A stretch of 64,000 nt of DNA from Candidatus Saccharimonadota bacterium (GCA_029260875.1 JAJDCL010000011.1:62401-126400); one strand, 5' to 3'; counted from the first letter of the stretch, positions 27,548 to 36,947 are shown. A program made the numbers and translations. Notes: generated from the sequence alone by a model not told the origin.

Positions 27548-28127
27548 AGCTCACCGCCTTTAGCGCTGCCCTGATTCGCTCTTCGGCAGGCAGCTGAACA
27601 TCGATATTGGTCAGCGCTTTGACTGCGTCAGGCAGAGCATAACCTAAAGCAAGTAACCCTTGTACGGCTTCGTCCTGCTCGGCTTGGGCGCTGCTAACAA
27701 AAAGTGCATCTGTGTCAGCGGTGCTAACAAGCCCAACTTTGTCTTTCAGTTCTACAACTATCCTCTCGGCCACCTTTTTGCCCACACCCGTAGCACTCTG
27801 GATCAACTTGGTGTCTCCTGACGCAATCGCCCGTCGTACAGCATCGGCAGAACCCACACCAAGTACATTCAGCGCCATCTTAGGTCCTACCCCATTCACG
27901 TCTAACAACAGCTCAAACAACTTCTTGGTGCCCAGTTTAGTAAAACCGTATAAATCATGGCTGCTTTCACGTATGTGTTCATATACATAAACCTTTATTG
28001 GATCGCTGACGGTAACCGTAGTAAGGTCTTCAAGTGGCACATAAACACCGTAGCCCACGCCACCAACATCAATTACCAAAATCTCAGCCAGTTTTTCGGC
28101 AACCCTACCACTCAATTTTGCAATCAT
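27540..28127 (-). CDS. ruvA: Holliday junction DNA helicase RuvA
   Basis: MIAKLSGRV...[10 protein letters not shown] and HhH motifs ([11 protein letters not shown]). It overlaps ruvB by 8 nt. Confidence 0.9.
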   Translation of the reverse strand: MIAKLSGRVAEKLAEILVIDVGGVGYGVYVPLEDLTTVTVSDPIKVYVYEHIRESSHDLYGFTKLGTKKLFELLLDVNGVGPKMALNVLGVGSADAVRRAIASGDTKLIQSATGVGKKVAERIVVELKDKVGLVSTADTDALFVSSAQAEQDEAVQGLLALGYALPDAVKALTNIDVQLPAEERIRAALKAVSYD

Positions 28128-28152
28128 ACCCCATTATCCCACACATCCTGTT

Positions 28153-28173
28153 GCTCAGGGTCCGTCCTTGTGC
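28153..28173 (+). repeat. REP-like motif (left flank of the Y1 transposase)
   Basis: gctcagggtccgtccttgtgc. The core GGTCCGTCCTTG recurs at 28820 and, inverted, at 59457. Confidence 0.6.
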
Positions 28174-28800
28174 ATATACTTAGATATGCCTGGAAAGAAT
28201 ATTATTAAGCATTACGGTGCTGAGCAGTATTATCATATTTATTCTAGAGGGGTTGCTAAGCAGGCGATTTTTCTGGACGATGATGATTATTCCTATCTCT
28301 TGAGCATTTTGAAACGATATATTTCGCGTAAACCCGCACAACAGCCTGGCCACGGCGTTTATCCTCATTACGGAGAACGGCTAACGCTTTTGGCATATTG
28401 TCTTATGCCCAGCCACGTTCACCTACTCGTATACCAAAAAGACCGGCAGGCAATGGCCGAGTTCATGCGTAGCATGATGACAAGCTATAGTATGTATTTC
28501 AACCGAAAATATAAGCGTGTTGGCCCAGTATTTCAAAGCCGCTATAAGGCAAGTCGTATTACCCAAGATAGTTACCTGGAGCATATCTCTCGCTACATTC
28601 ATCTTAACCCAAATAATTGGGTTAATTATCCTTATTCAAGTCTTAAATACTATCTGGGTAATGCAAGGGCTGAATGGATTAGACCAAACAGTATAACCGA
28701 ACTGTTCCCCTCTCCCCAACAATACCTAGAGTTTGTGCAAGACTACGAAGGTCATAAGCAAATGCTGGATGAGATACACTGGGAATTAGCCGATCAATAA
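28168..28800 (+). CDS. IS200/IS605-family Y1 (HuH) tyrosine transposase, RAYT-like
   Basis: YCLMPSHVHLLVY is the HuH motif. YHIYSRGVAKQAIF is the N-terminal beta-strand pattern. RYIHLNPNNW is the catalytic Tyr helix (COG1943-like). Confidence 0.75.
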   Translation: MCIYLDMPGKNIIKHYGAEQYYHIYSRGVAKQAIFLDDDDYSYLLSILKRYISRKPAQQPGHGVYPHYGERLTLLAYCLMPSHVHLLVYQKDRQAMAEFMRSMMTSYSMYFNRKYKRVGPVFQSRYKASRITQDSYLEHISRYIHLNPNNWVNYPYSSLKYYLGNARAEWIRPNSITELFPSPQQYLEFVQDYEGHKQMLDEIHWELADQ

Positions 28801-28819
28801 ATTACGCTTGCTCAAGAAT

Positions 28820-28840
28820 GCTCAAGGTCCGTCCTTGAGC
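28820..28840 (+). repeat. REP-like hairpin motif (right flank of the Y1 transposase)
   Basis: GCTCAAGG-tccgt-CCTTGAGC has a perfect 8 bp stem and the same core as 28153..28173. Confidence 0.65.
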
Positions 28841-28881
28841 AACTTACTTTATGCTTTGTGTAGTCGGACATGGCTTTTTTA

Positions 28882-29364
28882 TTATGTGTTGGGTTGGCGT
28901 TGCATGCTGTGACAGATAGCTGTAGCAAGTGCGTCAGCACAATCATCTGGCGTTGGCACGGTTGTTAGGCCCAACACTACACGAACCATCTCTTGCATTT
29001 GCTTTTTGTCTGCTCGTCCATACCCTGTTAAAGCTTGCTTGATTTGCAATGGTGTATATTCAAAGATTTTCATATTATGCTTCATTCCCAGCAACAAAAC
29101 TACCCCACGAGCTTGCGCTACAGTCATTGCAGTCGTAACATTTTGCGCGAAGAAAAGCTTTTCCACCGCCATTACATCAGGTTTTAATTCTTGAATTACT
29201 TGCTTAAGTTCATCATAGATAATCAGCAGTCTTTCGGCGTCCGGATGTTTAACTGGTGTTCTTATGACCCCAGCGTCAAGCAGCGTCGCCTTGCTATTCG
29301 GTGCCACATCAATAACCCCAAACCCCAGAATCCCTGTCCCTGGATCAATTCCAAGTATATGCAT
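28882..29364 (-). CDS. ruvC: Crossover junction endodeoxyribonuclease RuvC
   Basis: MHILGIDPGTGILGFGVI and an RNase H-like fold with catalytic D/E positions. Confidence 0.9.
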   Translation of the reverse strand: MHILGIDPGTGILGFGVIDVAPNSKATLLDAGVIRTPVKHPDAERLLIIYDELKQVIQELKPDVMAVEKLFFAQNVTTAMTVAQARGVVLLLGMKHNMKIFEYTPLQIKQALTGYGRADKKQMQEMVRVVLGLTTVPTPDDCADALATAICHSMQRQPNT

Positions 29365-30095
29365 CAGTTTTCCAGTAATTCTTCAGGGATATCGAAGTTG
29401 GTGTGAGTGGCTGATACGTCGTCTATGAGTTCGAGCGCATTCATGAGGCGCATGATTTTACCGGCAGTTTCTTTGTCACTAACTTCTATGGTGTTATCTG
29501 GCACGAATGTCAGCTCGGCTTCTAAAACTTCTATACCAGCTTCCCGCAGAGCATCACGAACCTTGGCCAGGTCTTTTGGGCCAGTATAAATAACTGATTC
29601 TTCGCCTTCTTCTTCCATGTCTTCAGCGCCAGCGTCTATAGCCTGAAGCATTAGGTCATCGCCCTTGCCTTTGACGCGGATCATTCCTTTTTGATCGAAC
29701 TGAAATGCAACCGCCCCTTTTTCGGCCATATTGCCACCATGCTTAGAAAATGCCAGCTTAACCTCCGGATACGTACGGTTAACATTATCGGTAGCACACT
29801 CAACCATAATCGCCACACCCCCTGGACCATAGCCCTCATACATCACTTCCTGAATCTGTTCACCGCCCAGCTTGCCACTACCGCGGTCAACTGAACGCTG
29901 TATGTTGGCCATTGGCATATTGGCGGCTTTAGCCTTATCAATCGCCAGCCGCAGCGTAAAGTTCATTTCCGGGTCAGCACCGCCCCGAGCAGCAACTGCT
30001 ATGACATTACCAAGCTTCGTAAAAACCGCACCGCGCGCCGCGTCTTTGGCACCCTTCTGCCGCTTAATGGTTGACCACTTGCTGTGTCCAGACAA
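29364..30095 (-). CDS. yebC: YebC/PmpR-family transcriptional regulator
   Basis: MSGHSKWSTIKRQKGAKDAARG is the YebC signature. The yebC-ruvC linkage is conserved. Confidence 0.9.
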   Translation of the reverse strand: MSGHSKWSTIKRQKGAKDAARGAVFTKLGNVIAVAARGGADPEMNFTLRLAIDKAKAANMPMANIQRSVDRGSGKLGGEQIQEVMYEGYGPGGVAIMVECATDNVNRTYPEVKLAFSKHGGNMAEKGAVAFQFDQKGMIRVKGKGDDLMLQAIDAGAEDMEEEGEESVIYTGPKDLAKVRDALREAGIEVLEAELTFVPDNTIEVSDKETAGKIMRLMNALELIDDVSATHTNFDIPEELLEN

Positions 30096-30109
30096 CGCTT
30101 AAACTCCTA

Positions 30110-31573
30110 CTATTCAATAATATTCTTATCTGTAATGGTACCATATTTGGCCCTCACCTTGCGAGCAAGCACCAACATGCAGACAAGTATCAGGCCGTAT
30201 GCCAACAACATCCCGGTCAAGGACAAGTTAAGCTCAACCTTTGCGTATGGTATACGCGAAAACAGGTTCACCACATCAAGCATATAGGTCATAAGGATCA
30301 CTCCGGGCCAAGCAAAGATACCCGACAAAACGGGCGCCAACATACCACCTACCCCCGCGATCACTGAAAACATCATGGCAAACGGTACAAGGGGCACGAT
30401 CACAGCATTACTAGCCAGGGCTATTAAAGAAGTCTCGCTAAAGATGTAGAGAATCACAGGAGTAACCATAATTTGAGCTGATATGCTTTCTATCACAACT
30501 TGACCCAAGAATTTTTGTTCTTTCATACCAAACATGCGGATCTTTAAAAGAGGGGCTAGAATCAGGACGCCAAAAAACGCCAAAAACGAAAGGCGCCAAC
30601 CTATGTCAGACCATAGATAAACTGGGTTCCAGGCAGCAGTCATTGCTGCCGCTAGAGATATTAACAGCAACGGCTTAAACTTTCTGCCGTAATACCAAGC
30701 CGCCAAGCTTAAACTGGTGACTATTGAAGCCCTTACTATAGAGGCGCTAAAACCAGTCAGCAGCAAGAAGCCCGCCATAAGCACTAGCGAAAGTACAGTT
30801 GATTGATACTTAGAAAGTCGGTTCAACTTACGCCGCACACCCCTGATGATTATAGTCAAGTTGTAGCCAGAAACCGCTATGATATGTGTCAGCCCAACGA
30901 TAGACAATTGCTCGCTCAGATCATCGGGCAAGGTAGTTCTTTGACCTATAAGAATGCCTAGGCCGAACGACGCAAGCGGTTCTGGGAGCGCAGTCTGCAT
31001 ACCCGCTACAAACTTTCGTCGTATAGATTCAACTAATGAGCCACTTCTGCCTACTATCCGAATTTCCGCAAAGCTAATCCTGCCCTGCCGAGCGCCGCCA
31101 GTCGGGTACATCTTGCCACTCACCTCTACAATATCACCCCTGTATACTATCGGCACGCCGCGACCACGGATCTGGAGTTTTCCTGACAATTTTAGGTTTG
31201 TTGGCTTTAAGATTTCTACATGCGACGCATCAAACTCCAACTGTCCGCCATCTGCATAAACTGCATCCGAATCGGCTTGGACGCTGACCGTTAACTCTTC
31301 TCCGTACAGCGTTTCGTATGGCTGAAGTTTATTTAAATATGCCTGCCCCCGCAATATCCCACCGCTGACTCCAAGCAGTAAAGCTGAGGCTAGCAGTATC
31401 AGCGCTTTTCGTCTCCAACTAAAATCAAACATCATAGTTGCGAACAGTAACCAAACTACGTGTAAATCACTACCGCTGCGGGCTAAAGCTAGTCCGGCCA
31501 AAAAGCTCACAAACGTTATAGTAAATATCGTAGTACGTCTAAAACGTATTTTCAGCTTTACATTATTAACCAT
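30110..31573 (-). CDS. comEC: ComEC/Rec2-family competence membrane channel (no beta-lactamase domain)
   Basis: Polytopic membrane protein with the competence-domain motif GLTHIIAVSGYNLTII and an N-terminal DUF4131-like region. Confidence 0.6.
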   Translation of the reverse strand: MVNNVKLKIRFRRTTIFTITFVSFLAGLALARSGSDLHVVWLLFATMMFDFSWRRKALILLASALLLGVSGGILRGQAYLNKLQPYETLYGEELTVSVQADSDAVYADGGQLEFDASHVEILKPTNLKLSGKLQIRGRGVPIVYRGDIVEVSGKMYPTGGARQGRISFAEIRIVGRSGSLVESIRRKFVAGMQTALPEPLASFGLGILIGQRTTLPDDLSEQLSIVGLTHIIAVSGYNLTIIIRGVRRKLNRLSKYQSTVLSLVLMAGFLLLTGFSASIVRASIVTSLSLAAWYYGRKFKPLLLISLAAAMTAAWNPVYLWSDIGWRLSFLAFFGVLILAPLLKIRMFGMKEQKFLGQVVIESISAQIMVTPVILYIFSETSLIALASNAVIVPLVPFAMMFSVIAGVGGMLAPVLSGIFAWPGVILMTYMLDVVNLFSRIPYAKVELNLSLTGMLLAYGLILVCMLVLARKVRAKYGTITDKNIIE

Positions 31574-31782
31574 TAATTAATACAGTTTATCCTAAATTGA
31601 CTTTTCTCTGTAAATACGGATAATGTAAGGAGTTATTTTTGGTTATGCCAGAAGTGCGCTTTCCAAAATTTCAAACTAAGCCAAAGGTTGTTTGGAATTT
31701 TGAGAGGAGGAAGCGACTAGAAGGTGAAGTAAGACAAAAATATTGTTTTTGTCTTACGTAAGCTGACCGTCGATTCTGACGA

Positions 31783-31859
31783 GGGCCGTTAGCTCAGCTG
31801 GTTAGAGCACCTGCCTTTTAAGCAGGGTGTCCCGGGTTCAAGTCCCGGACGGCCCTCCA
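31783..31859 (+). tRNA. tRNA-Lys (anticodon TTT)
   Basis: GGGCCGT-TA-GCTC-AGCTGGTTA-GAGC-A-CCTGC-CTTTTAA-GCAGG-GTGTC-CCGGG-TTCAAGT-CCCGG-ACGGCCC-T-CCA. A complete cloverleaf. Confidence 0.92.
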
Positions 31860-31941
31860 ATTTGACCTTACAGATGACCCTAGTGGGAAAGTCTGAACTA
31901 AAGAGCCAGAAGTGGTTCTTTTTGTTTGCTATCATTAGGCT

Positions 31942-32349
31942 ATGAAACTATTTTGCTCAAATGCGTTCACTGGCGAAGATTTTGAAACGGTCAGTCGGCG
32001 GATGCAATTAGTGGTTGATGCTCTGAATAAATCAGGACATGCAGCCTATTGTCCCATATTTGACCCGCGTAAAATAGAATTGCAAGAACGGCAAGCTGCC
32101 AAAGAGATATTTGATTATGCCTTTCAGAACTTAGCTAAATGCGATGGTATGATAGCAATCGTTACTTCTGACAGAAAAAGCGAAGGTCAGCTAATGGAAA
32201 TTGGAGCAATCCTCGCTGCCAATAAGCCTTTGTATCTATTTGTTCACGATTCAGCAAGAAAGGCTCCTTCACATTTGCATAAACTAGCCGCAAAAGTTTA
32301 TATTTGGTCGTCAGACGAAGACTTAGCTAATAAGCTGGCTAATATATAG
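31942..32349 (+). CDS. Hypothetical protein, possibly with a nucleoside 2-deoxyribosyltransferase-like fold
   Basis: MKLFCSNAFTG...MEIGAILAANKPLYLF loosely fits the PF05014-like pattern. The stretch is visibly AT-rich. Confidence 0.3.
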   Translation: MKLFCSNAFTGEDFETVSRRMQLVVDALNKSGHAAYCPIFDPRKIELQERQAAKEIFDYAFQNLAKCDGMIAIVTSDRKSEGQLMEIGAILAANKPLYLFVHDSARKAPSHLHKLAAKVYIWSSDEDLANKLANI

Positions 32350-32367
32350 CGGCTTATTTAGAGCTAA

Positions 32368-32400
32368 TTTAGTTGCAATAGTTTGCACCTTGCTCCTCCA
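32368..32400 (+). repeat. 33 bp direct repeat, copy 1 (immediately 3' of the gene ending at 32349)
   Basis: tttagttgcaatagtttgcaccttgctcctcca is identical to 33009..33041. Confidence 0.8.
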
Positions 32401-32465
32401 CGGATGAACCTAGTTGAACTACTGCAACTAACCATTACAGTAGTTTTTCATTTATAATCAACGAT

Positions 32466-33005
32466 ATGAAACCACGCTTTGTATATATTCACGGAAATCA
32501 GTCAACTCATTGGTCATTCGCGTGGGCTACATGGTTAAAAAATGAACTCGAGAAACTAGGCTATGAGACTTTCTTTGAGACGATGCCTGATTCTATCATT
32601 GCTCGCTCCGAGTATTGGCTTCCTTTCTTAAAAGACCACGTTAAAGTCGGAGAGATTGACGTTATAGTCGGCTGGTCATCTGGAGCGGTAGCTGCCATGC
32701 GTTACGCAGAAGAAAATAAGCTTCTCGGCTCCATTTTAGTTTCGCCCTGTTATACGGACTTGGGCGACGACATGGAAAAACAAAGCGGCTACTATGATAA
32801 GCCCTGGAAATGGGATAGCATCAAATCAAACCAGAAGAAAATAGCTCTATTCTGGGGCGATGATGACCCTTATATTCCGCAGTCAGAGTTTAAGTTTATT
32901 GCAGAGCAATTAGCGCCAGAACAAATAAAAGTAGCTGTTGGAAAGCATTTTGTTGAACAATCGGAATTCCCCGAAGTTCTGCAATATATAAAGCAGAATT
33001 ATTAG
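32466..33005 (+). CDS. YdeN/RBBP9-family alpha/beta serine hydrolase
   Basis: YIHGNQSTHWSFAWATWL (HG...HW motif), nucleophile elbow VGWSSGA (GxSxG), and C-terminal Asp/His segments. Confidence 0.65.
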   Translation: MKPRFVYIHGNQSTHWSFAWATWLKNELEKLGYETFFETMPDSIIARSEYWLPFLKDHVKVGEIDVIVGWSSGAVAAMRYAEENKLLGSILVSPCYTDLGDDMEKQSGYYDKPWKWDSIKSNQKKIALFWGDDDPYIPQSEFKFIAEQLAPEQIKVAVGKHFVEQSEFPEVLQYIKQNY

Positions 33006-33008
33006 CTA

Positions 33009-33041
33009 GTTTAGTTGCAATAGTTTGCACCTTGCTCCTCC
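33009..33041 (+). repeat. 33 bp direct repeat, copy 2, followed by a 16 bp-stem hairpin at 33040..33078
   Basis: An identical 33-mer, then ccatataaaagatcta/taggtcttttatatgg. Confidence 0.8.
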
Positions 33042-33343
33042 ATATAAAAGATCTACCCTGCGTAGGTCTTTTATATGGTTGTCTTGGTCGACTTGAACCC
33101 TTGACAGAGATTTTTCTTTAGAAAAATATCGTAGTCGTGAATCGGCGGAGCGAAAGCACACGCAAGTACTTGCACCGAGCATGATTGAGCGGAGAAGGCC
33201 TAAAGCCGCTGTCCCACTGGCCTTACAGTGTAATGACCTCACTGCTAAGTGGGGTCTTTTCATTGGGCCAGAGGCTTGCCTGAAAGAGATAAAAGCCTTA
33301 AGCTTAGTGTGAAGATTTTAATTTAACAATAAAGGAATTCTAC

Positions 33344-33553
33344 ATGTCATTCTTTTCAAAGCTTTTTGGCAAAAAATCTAATAATTCTGCAGCCCCAAGT
33401 GCAGATGTTACACCAACACAAACATTTACTGAACCGCCTGCAACTCCGGTCACGCCACCACAACCCATACCAACACCGTTAGAGCAATCAGAACCGCAAA
33501 TTCCAGAGCAAGACGAAACTCCAGGCCAAACACCACTCGCGCCAAGTGCCTAG
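33344..33553 (+). CDS. Small Pro/Thr-rich hypothetical protein
   Basis: aaaggaattctacATG precedes the start. The composition is low-complexity (PPATPVTPPQPIPTP). Confidence 0.25.
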   Translation: MSFFSKLFGKKSNNSAAPSADVTPTQTFTEPPATPVTPPQPIPTPLEQSEPQIPEQDETPGQTPLAPSA

Positions 33554-34029
33554 TGATTCTTACTGTGTCCGCGTGAGCGATTCGTGGCCCAAAGGGTAAC
33601 GAGTTGAATAAATACTACTGCACCTACAATTGCCTCGCTACCCTCAAGCAAGCGCTGTCCAGCGTGTATACTACGCACTTCTTGCTGCAAACCTTCCGGT
33701 AGTAGGGGCAACGCAAATGCAGCCAGCACAAAACCAGTTATTAAAAACGGAATTATGTAAAGAAAGAGTCTCCCCTTACTCAATGTGTTGCGTAAAAAAA
33801 CAGCAGTCAAAATAACCGGCACCAATAAAAGCGCAAGTTCTGAATATGCCAGCACCGATTCTCGCCTAGTTACGAGCCTGGTTACTAGCTCTGTATCGTC
33901 ACTAAAGTAACGGGCCAATAACTCGCCAGCCAGCATACTGAAAAATAGGTATGAAGAATTAACCCTGAAAATAATGCCGAGCAACAGCGGCAACCCTAGG
34001 ACTATGCCCAGAATAATATAAGCAACCAT
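33550..34029 (-). CDS. Polytopic hypothetical membrane protein
   Basis: Internal start MVAYIILGIVLGL and about four TM segments. Confidence 0.4.
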   Translation of the reverse strand: MVAYIILGIVLGLPLLLGIIFRVNSSYLFFSMLAGELLARYFSDDTELVTRLVTRRESVLAYSELALLLVPVILTAVFLRNTLSKGRLFLYIIPFLITGFVLAAFALPLLPEGLQQEVRSIHAGQRLLEGSEAIVGAVVFIQLVTLWATNRSRGHSKNH

Positions 34030-34051
34030 ATGCCAATAATAGCATAAGGGT

Positions 34052-34531
34052 TTAGAGGGGCAGGTATTGTCCCGTGAACAAGCCAGCCTTATCGGCTGTT
34101 CCCGCCAAAACCTCCACAACAAACTTTCCGTCTGTGCAAAAAGTTTCAGGATAGGTTTCTGGACCTACGTTTTTCTTTATACTCACAATCTTTCCCCTTT
34201 CATTAAGCCAGATAATGTCTAAACTTAAATGCATATCTTTCATCCACATACACTGCTTAGCGGACTGGTCAAACACGAAAAGCATGCCTTGGGTCGGCGC
34301 CATGTTTTTCCGGTCAGAAAGACCCTGTACTCGTAAAGCCTCTGACTCAGCCTTTTCTAAAACAACACATGTGGTTTTGGGTGGCCTCATTGTGTCGGGG
34401 ATTTTAAAGGCACAGTTTTCGCCGTACCTGTGCGTAAAGTTCAAGTAAGCATACAGCCCGACAGTACCAACCGCCAAGCTAATAAGTATTATGGAAACAG
34501 CTGCGTTATTAGCTTTCTTCCACCCAAGCTT
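34052..34531 (-). CDS. DUF192 (COG1430) domain protein
   Basis: MLFVFDQSAKQCMWMKDMHLSLDIIWLNERGKIVSIKKNV...FVVEVLAG is the DUF192 signature. The start MKLGWKK at 34531 abuts the rimK stop. Confidence 0.6.
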   Translation of the reverse strand, partial: KLGWKKANNAAVSIILISLAVGTVGLYAYLNFTHRYGENCAFKIPDTMRPPKTTCVVLEKAESEALRVQGLSDRKNMAPTQGMLFVFDQSAKQCMWMKDMHLSLDIIWLNERGKIVSIKKNVGPETYPETFCTDGKFVVEVLAGTADKAGLFTGQYLPL

Positions 34532-34538
34532 CATGCCT

Positions 34539-35441
34539 TTAAGCCCCGACCCGATCCTTACGTCGTTTCCCGCGCGCGTTTTGTTCAATATAATCAACGA
34601 TCGCACTTGCAACGTTACGGCCGGTTACTTTTTCAATACCAAATCCTGGGCTAGAATTAACCTCTAACACCAAAGGCCCGCGATCACTTCGCATCATATC
34701 TACACCACAAATGGTTAGGCCCATGGCTTTTGCAGCCTTCTGAGCGGTTTTGCGCTCTTCATCAGTTAATTTTATGGACGTTCCTTCACCACCCTGATGC
34801 AAGTTAGACCTGAAATCATCGTCCAGACTTTGGCGCTTCATACTAGCTACTACCTTGCCACCTACTACAATTGCACGTATATCGGTGCCTGCACTCTCTG
34901 CTATATATTCTTGGACCAAAAAGCTTACACCCTCAACATAGAAAGCCTGCATTACTGCCTTTGCCGCCTTGTTAGTTTCCGCAAGCACAACGCCATTACC
35001 ATGAGTGCCACGCGCTACCTTAATAACCAAGGGGGCGCCGCCAGCTAGCTGGATAACGTCGTCAAGGTCGGCCGTCTCACGAGCAAATACAGTCTTAGGG
35101 ATGCCTACGCCTGCGCGAGCTAACAGTTGGGTACTTCGCAACTTATCGCGTGAGCGCACAATAGAGATCGAACTAGAAGTCGTAAATACACCCTGCATTT
35201 CAAATTGTCGCACAATAGAAGTACCGTACTTAGTAAGACTTGCGGCAATTCGCGGAATAATTACATCAACGCCACCGATTTCTTTTCCTTCGTAACGAAT
35301 TACAGGATTACCACTTTCGACGGTGACATAACATTTGGCATAGTTAATCACTCTTACGCTGTGGCCACGGAGCTTAGCTTCCTCTTTAAGCCTCTTTGTA
35401 GAGTAGTTGCCCGGACCCTTCGAAAGTATGGCTATATTCAT
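34539..35441 (-). CDS. rimK: RimK-family alpha-L-glutamate ligase (ATP-grasp)
   Basis: MNIAILSKGPGNYSTKRL...VIKVARGTHGNGVVLAE...LVLEVNSSPGF. Confidence 0.85.
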   Translation of the reverse strand: MNIAILSKGPGNYSTKRLKEEAKLRGHSVRVINYAKCYVTVESGNPVIRYEGKEIGGVDVIIPRIAASLTKYGTSIVRQFEMQGVFTTSSSISIVRSRDKLRSTQLLARAGVGIPKTVFARETADLDDVIQLAGGAPLVIKVARGTHGNGVVLAETNKAAKAVMQAFYVEGVSFLVQEYIAESAGTDIRAIVVGGKVVASMKRQSLDDDFRSNLHQGGEGTSIKLTDEERKTAQKAAKAMGLTICGVDMMRSDRGPLVLEVNSSPGFGIEKVTGRNVASAIVDYIEQNARGKRRKDRVGA

Positions 35442-36025
35442 GTCTCTAAATCCTCCTCGTCTTCTGGCGTCATGATACCTTTAAGGCTTTTTAGTGCCAT
35501 CCGGTTAATTGAGGTCTGGCTGACATCTACTAGAAAACGTTTTTTCAACGCATGTCGGCCGATTAATATCGGATAAATATTATTAGCCCGGTCGCTTAAA
35601 GTAAAAGATGTGCTAAAAATCTTCGGCCCGATTTTAATTTTCAGCTTAACTTCATAGCGCGTTTCTACGTCTCCCATAGAATTTTTAATGACCAGGCTTC
35701 TGAACTCATCTGTTTTAAGGGGGCGCATAACCGGTGAGCAAGGATGGCCAAGCAGATTGCATCTAAGCCACTCTTTACCTTCGGTTTTAACCAACTTAAT
35801 ATTTTGCGCATGTATGGATGATCTAAAGGCGCCAGTATCTATTTTTGCCGGCAGCTCAAGAGCAATGCCGACAATGTCAATCAGCTCAGCGCGTCCAATA
35901 ATAACTGGGTGGCTTTTAGTCATAGTTGTGTTTAACTTAAAATTACTGGTTAGTGGTATTGTAGCCATATATAATACCAAAGTAGTATATCCTATAATTA
36001 TAGCATTTATGTTTGAAGAAGTCAA
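35438..36025 (-). CDS. RimB-like retropepsin-type aspartic peptidase (PF05618), RimK-associated
   Basis: AKIDTGAFRSSIHA is the DTGA aspartyl-protease motif of the RimK-associated protease family. It overlaps the rimK start by 4 nt. The start may be the internal MTKSHPVIIG at 35923. Confidence 0.6.
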   Translation of the reverse strand: MTSSNINAIIIGYTTLVLYMATIPLTSNFKLNTTMTKSHPVIIGRAELIDIVGIALELPAKIDTGAFRSSIHAQNIKLVKTEGKEWLRCNLLGHPCSPVMRPLKTDEFRSLVIKNSMGDVETRYEVKLKIKIGPKIFSTSFTLSDRANNIYPILIGRHALKKRFLVDVSQTSINRMALKSLKGIMTPEDEEDLET

Positions 36026-36947
36026 TAACTATTACCTCTCCCGCATGGCCGATTTGCCTTTTGAAAAACAGTTTCATTTTGCTTCCAGGTTATGGCTGTG
36101 GACCGGCAAAAAGACATATGCTGATATTCTGTTACGCCTCAAACCTCAATTTTGCGACGATGGCAGCCCTGATGCTGTTAATAAAGTTCTGGGCGATTTA
36201 CTAGCCAGTCAAAACTCAGACTTTGGCTCCAAAAATGCCGCAGTGGAGAGAGCCCCATACTTTGCCCATTATCCGTTATTGCGCCAAGTCTTACCGCTGT
36301 TATTCCGTCTTCTCTTTATGAAGACAATTTATAATATTGATGCCCGCCGAGAGTTAAAGAATCATGTAGATCTTGATGCGGTGGATAAATTAGCACTAGA
36401 GCTCGCCAATGACCGCGAGGCAATTGCAATCCTATCCACTTACGCCTGTAATTTCTTTTATCTCTGGCATAGCTTTTTTAAGGAAAGCCCGAAGGATATA
36501 CCCGTTTTGCAAATGTATGAGATCGGGCTTACAGCGTATGACTTCAGTCTGACTCATCGGAAATTACAATTTTATTTGTACACGCATTGTATAATCGGTG
36601 ATTCGTACTTTTACAAACGCAACTTGCCATTAGAAAATTTGCAGGTTTATCGAAACATGTGTGAAAATCTGGAAAATTATTTATCCGCAAACTTTAGGGA
36701 TATCAACCTTGATAATAAATGTGAGTTTATAGTTGCTTGTTCGATAGCAGGCTTCAGTTCAAAATTGAAAAGCGCAGTGCATGATGAGGCTTCTAGGTCG
36801 ATGTCACCGAATGGTAATTTTATTATTGACCGGCATAACAATAATCCGCAGGCTGGTAAAATAACCCCAGAAGAATCAGAACACCGGAACGTCCTTCTGA
36901 TAATGTCTTCAACGGACTTTAAGCCTTTTGATCAAGTAGTCGGCTAA
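36009..36947 (+). CDS. Hypothetical protein (no recognisable motif); AT-rich
   Basis: Internal Met start MFEEVNNYY at 36009, a long ORF, and convergent 29 nt overlap with the ATP-grasp gene. Confidence 0.4.
   Translation: MFEEVNNYYLSRMADLPFEKQFHFASRLWLWTGKKTYADILLRLKPQFCDDGSPDAVNKVLGDLLASQNSDFGSKNAAVERAPYFAHYPLLRQVLPLLFRLLFMKTIYNIDARRELKNHVDLDAVDKLALELANDREAIAILSTYACNFFYLWHSFFKESPKDIPVLQMYEIGLTAYDFSLTHRKLQFYLYTHCIIGDSYFYKRNLPLENLQVYRNMCENLENYLSANFRDINLDNKCEFIVACSIAGFSSKLKSAVHDEASRSMSPNGNFIIDRHNNNPQAGKITPEESEHRNVLLIMSSTDFKPFDQVVG

Noticed and set aside
28168-28800. The transposase as a full IS200/IS605 element with TnpB
   Set aside because: No tnpB-like ORF follows. The space to ruvC is only 80 bp, and the flanks are short REP-like hairpins rather than subterminal IS ends.
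33006-33263. The 85 aa minus-strand ORF
   Set aside because: It is antisense to the end of the hydrolase gene and the repeat/hairpin region. It has no start context, and its translation is compositionally odd.
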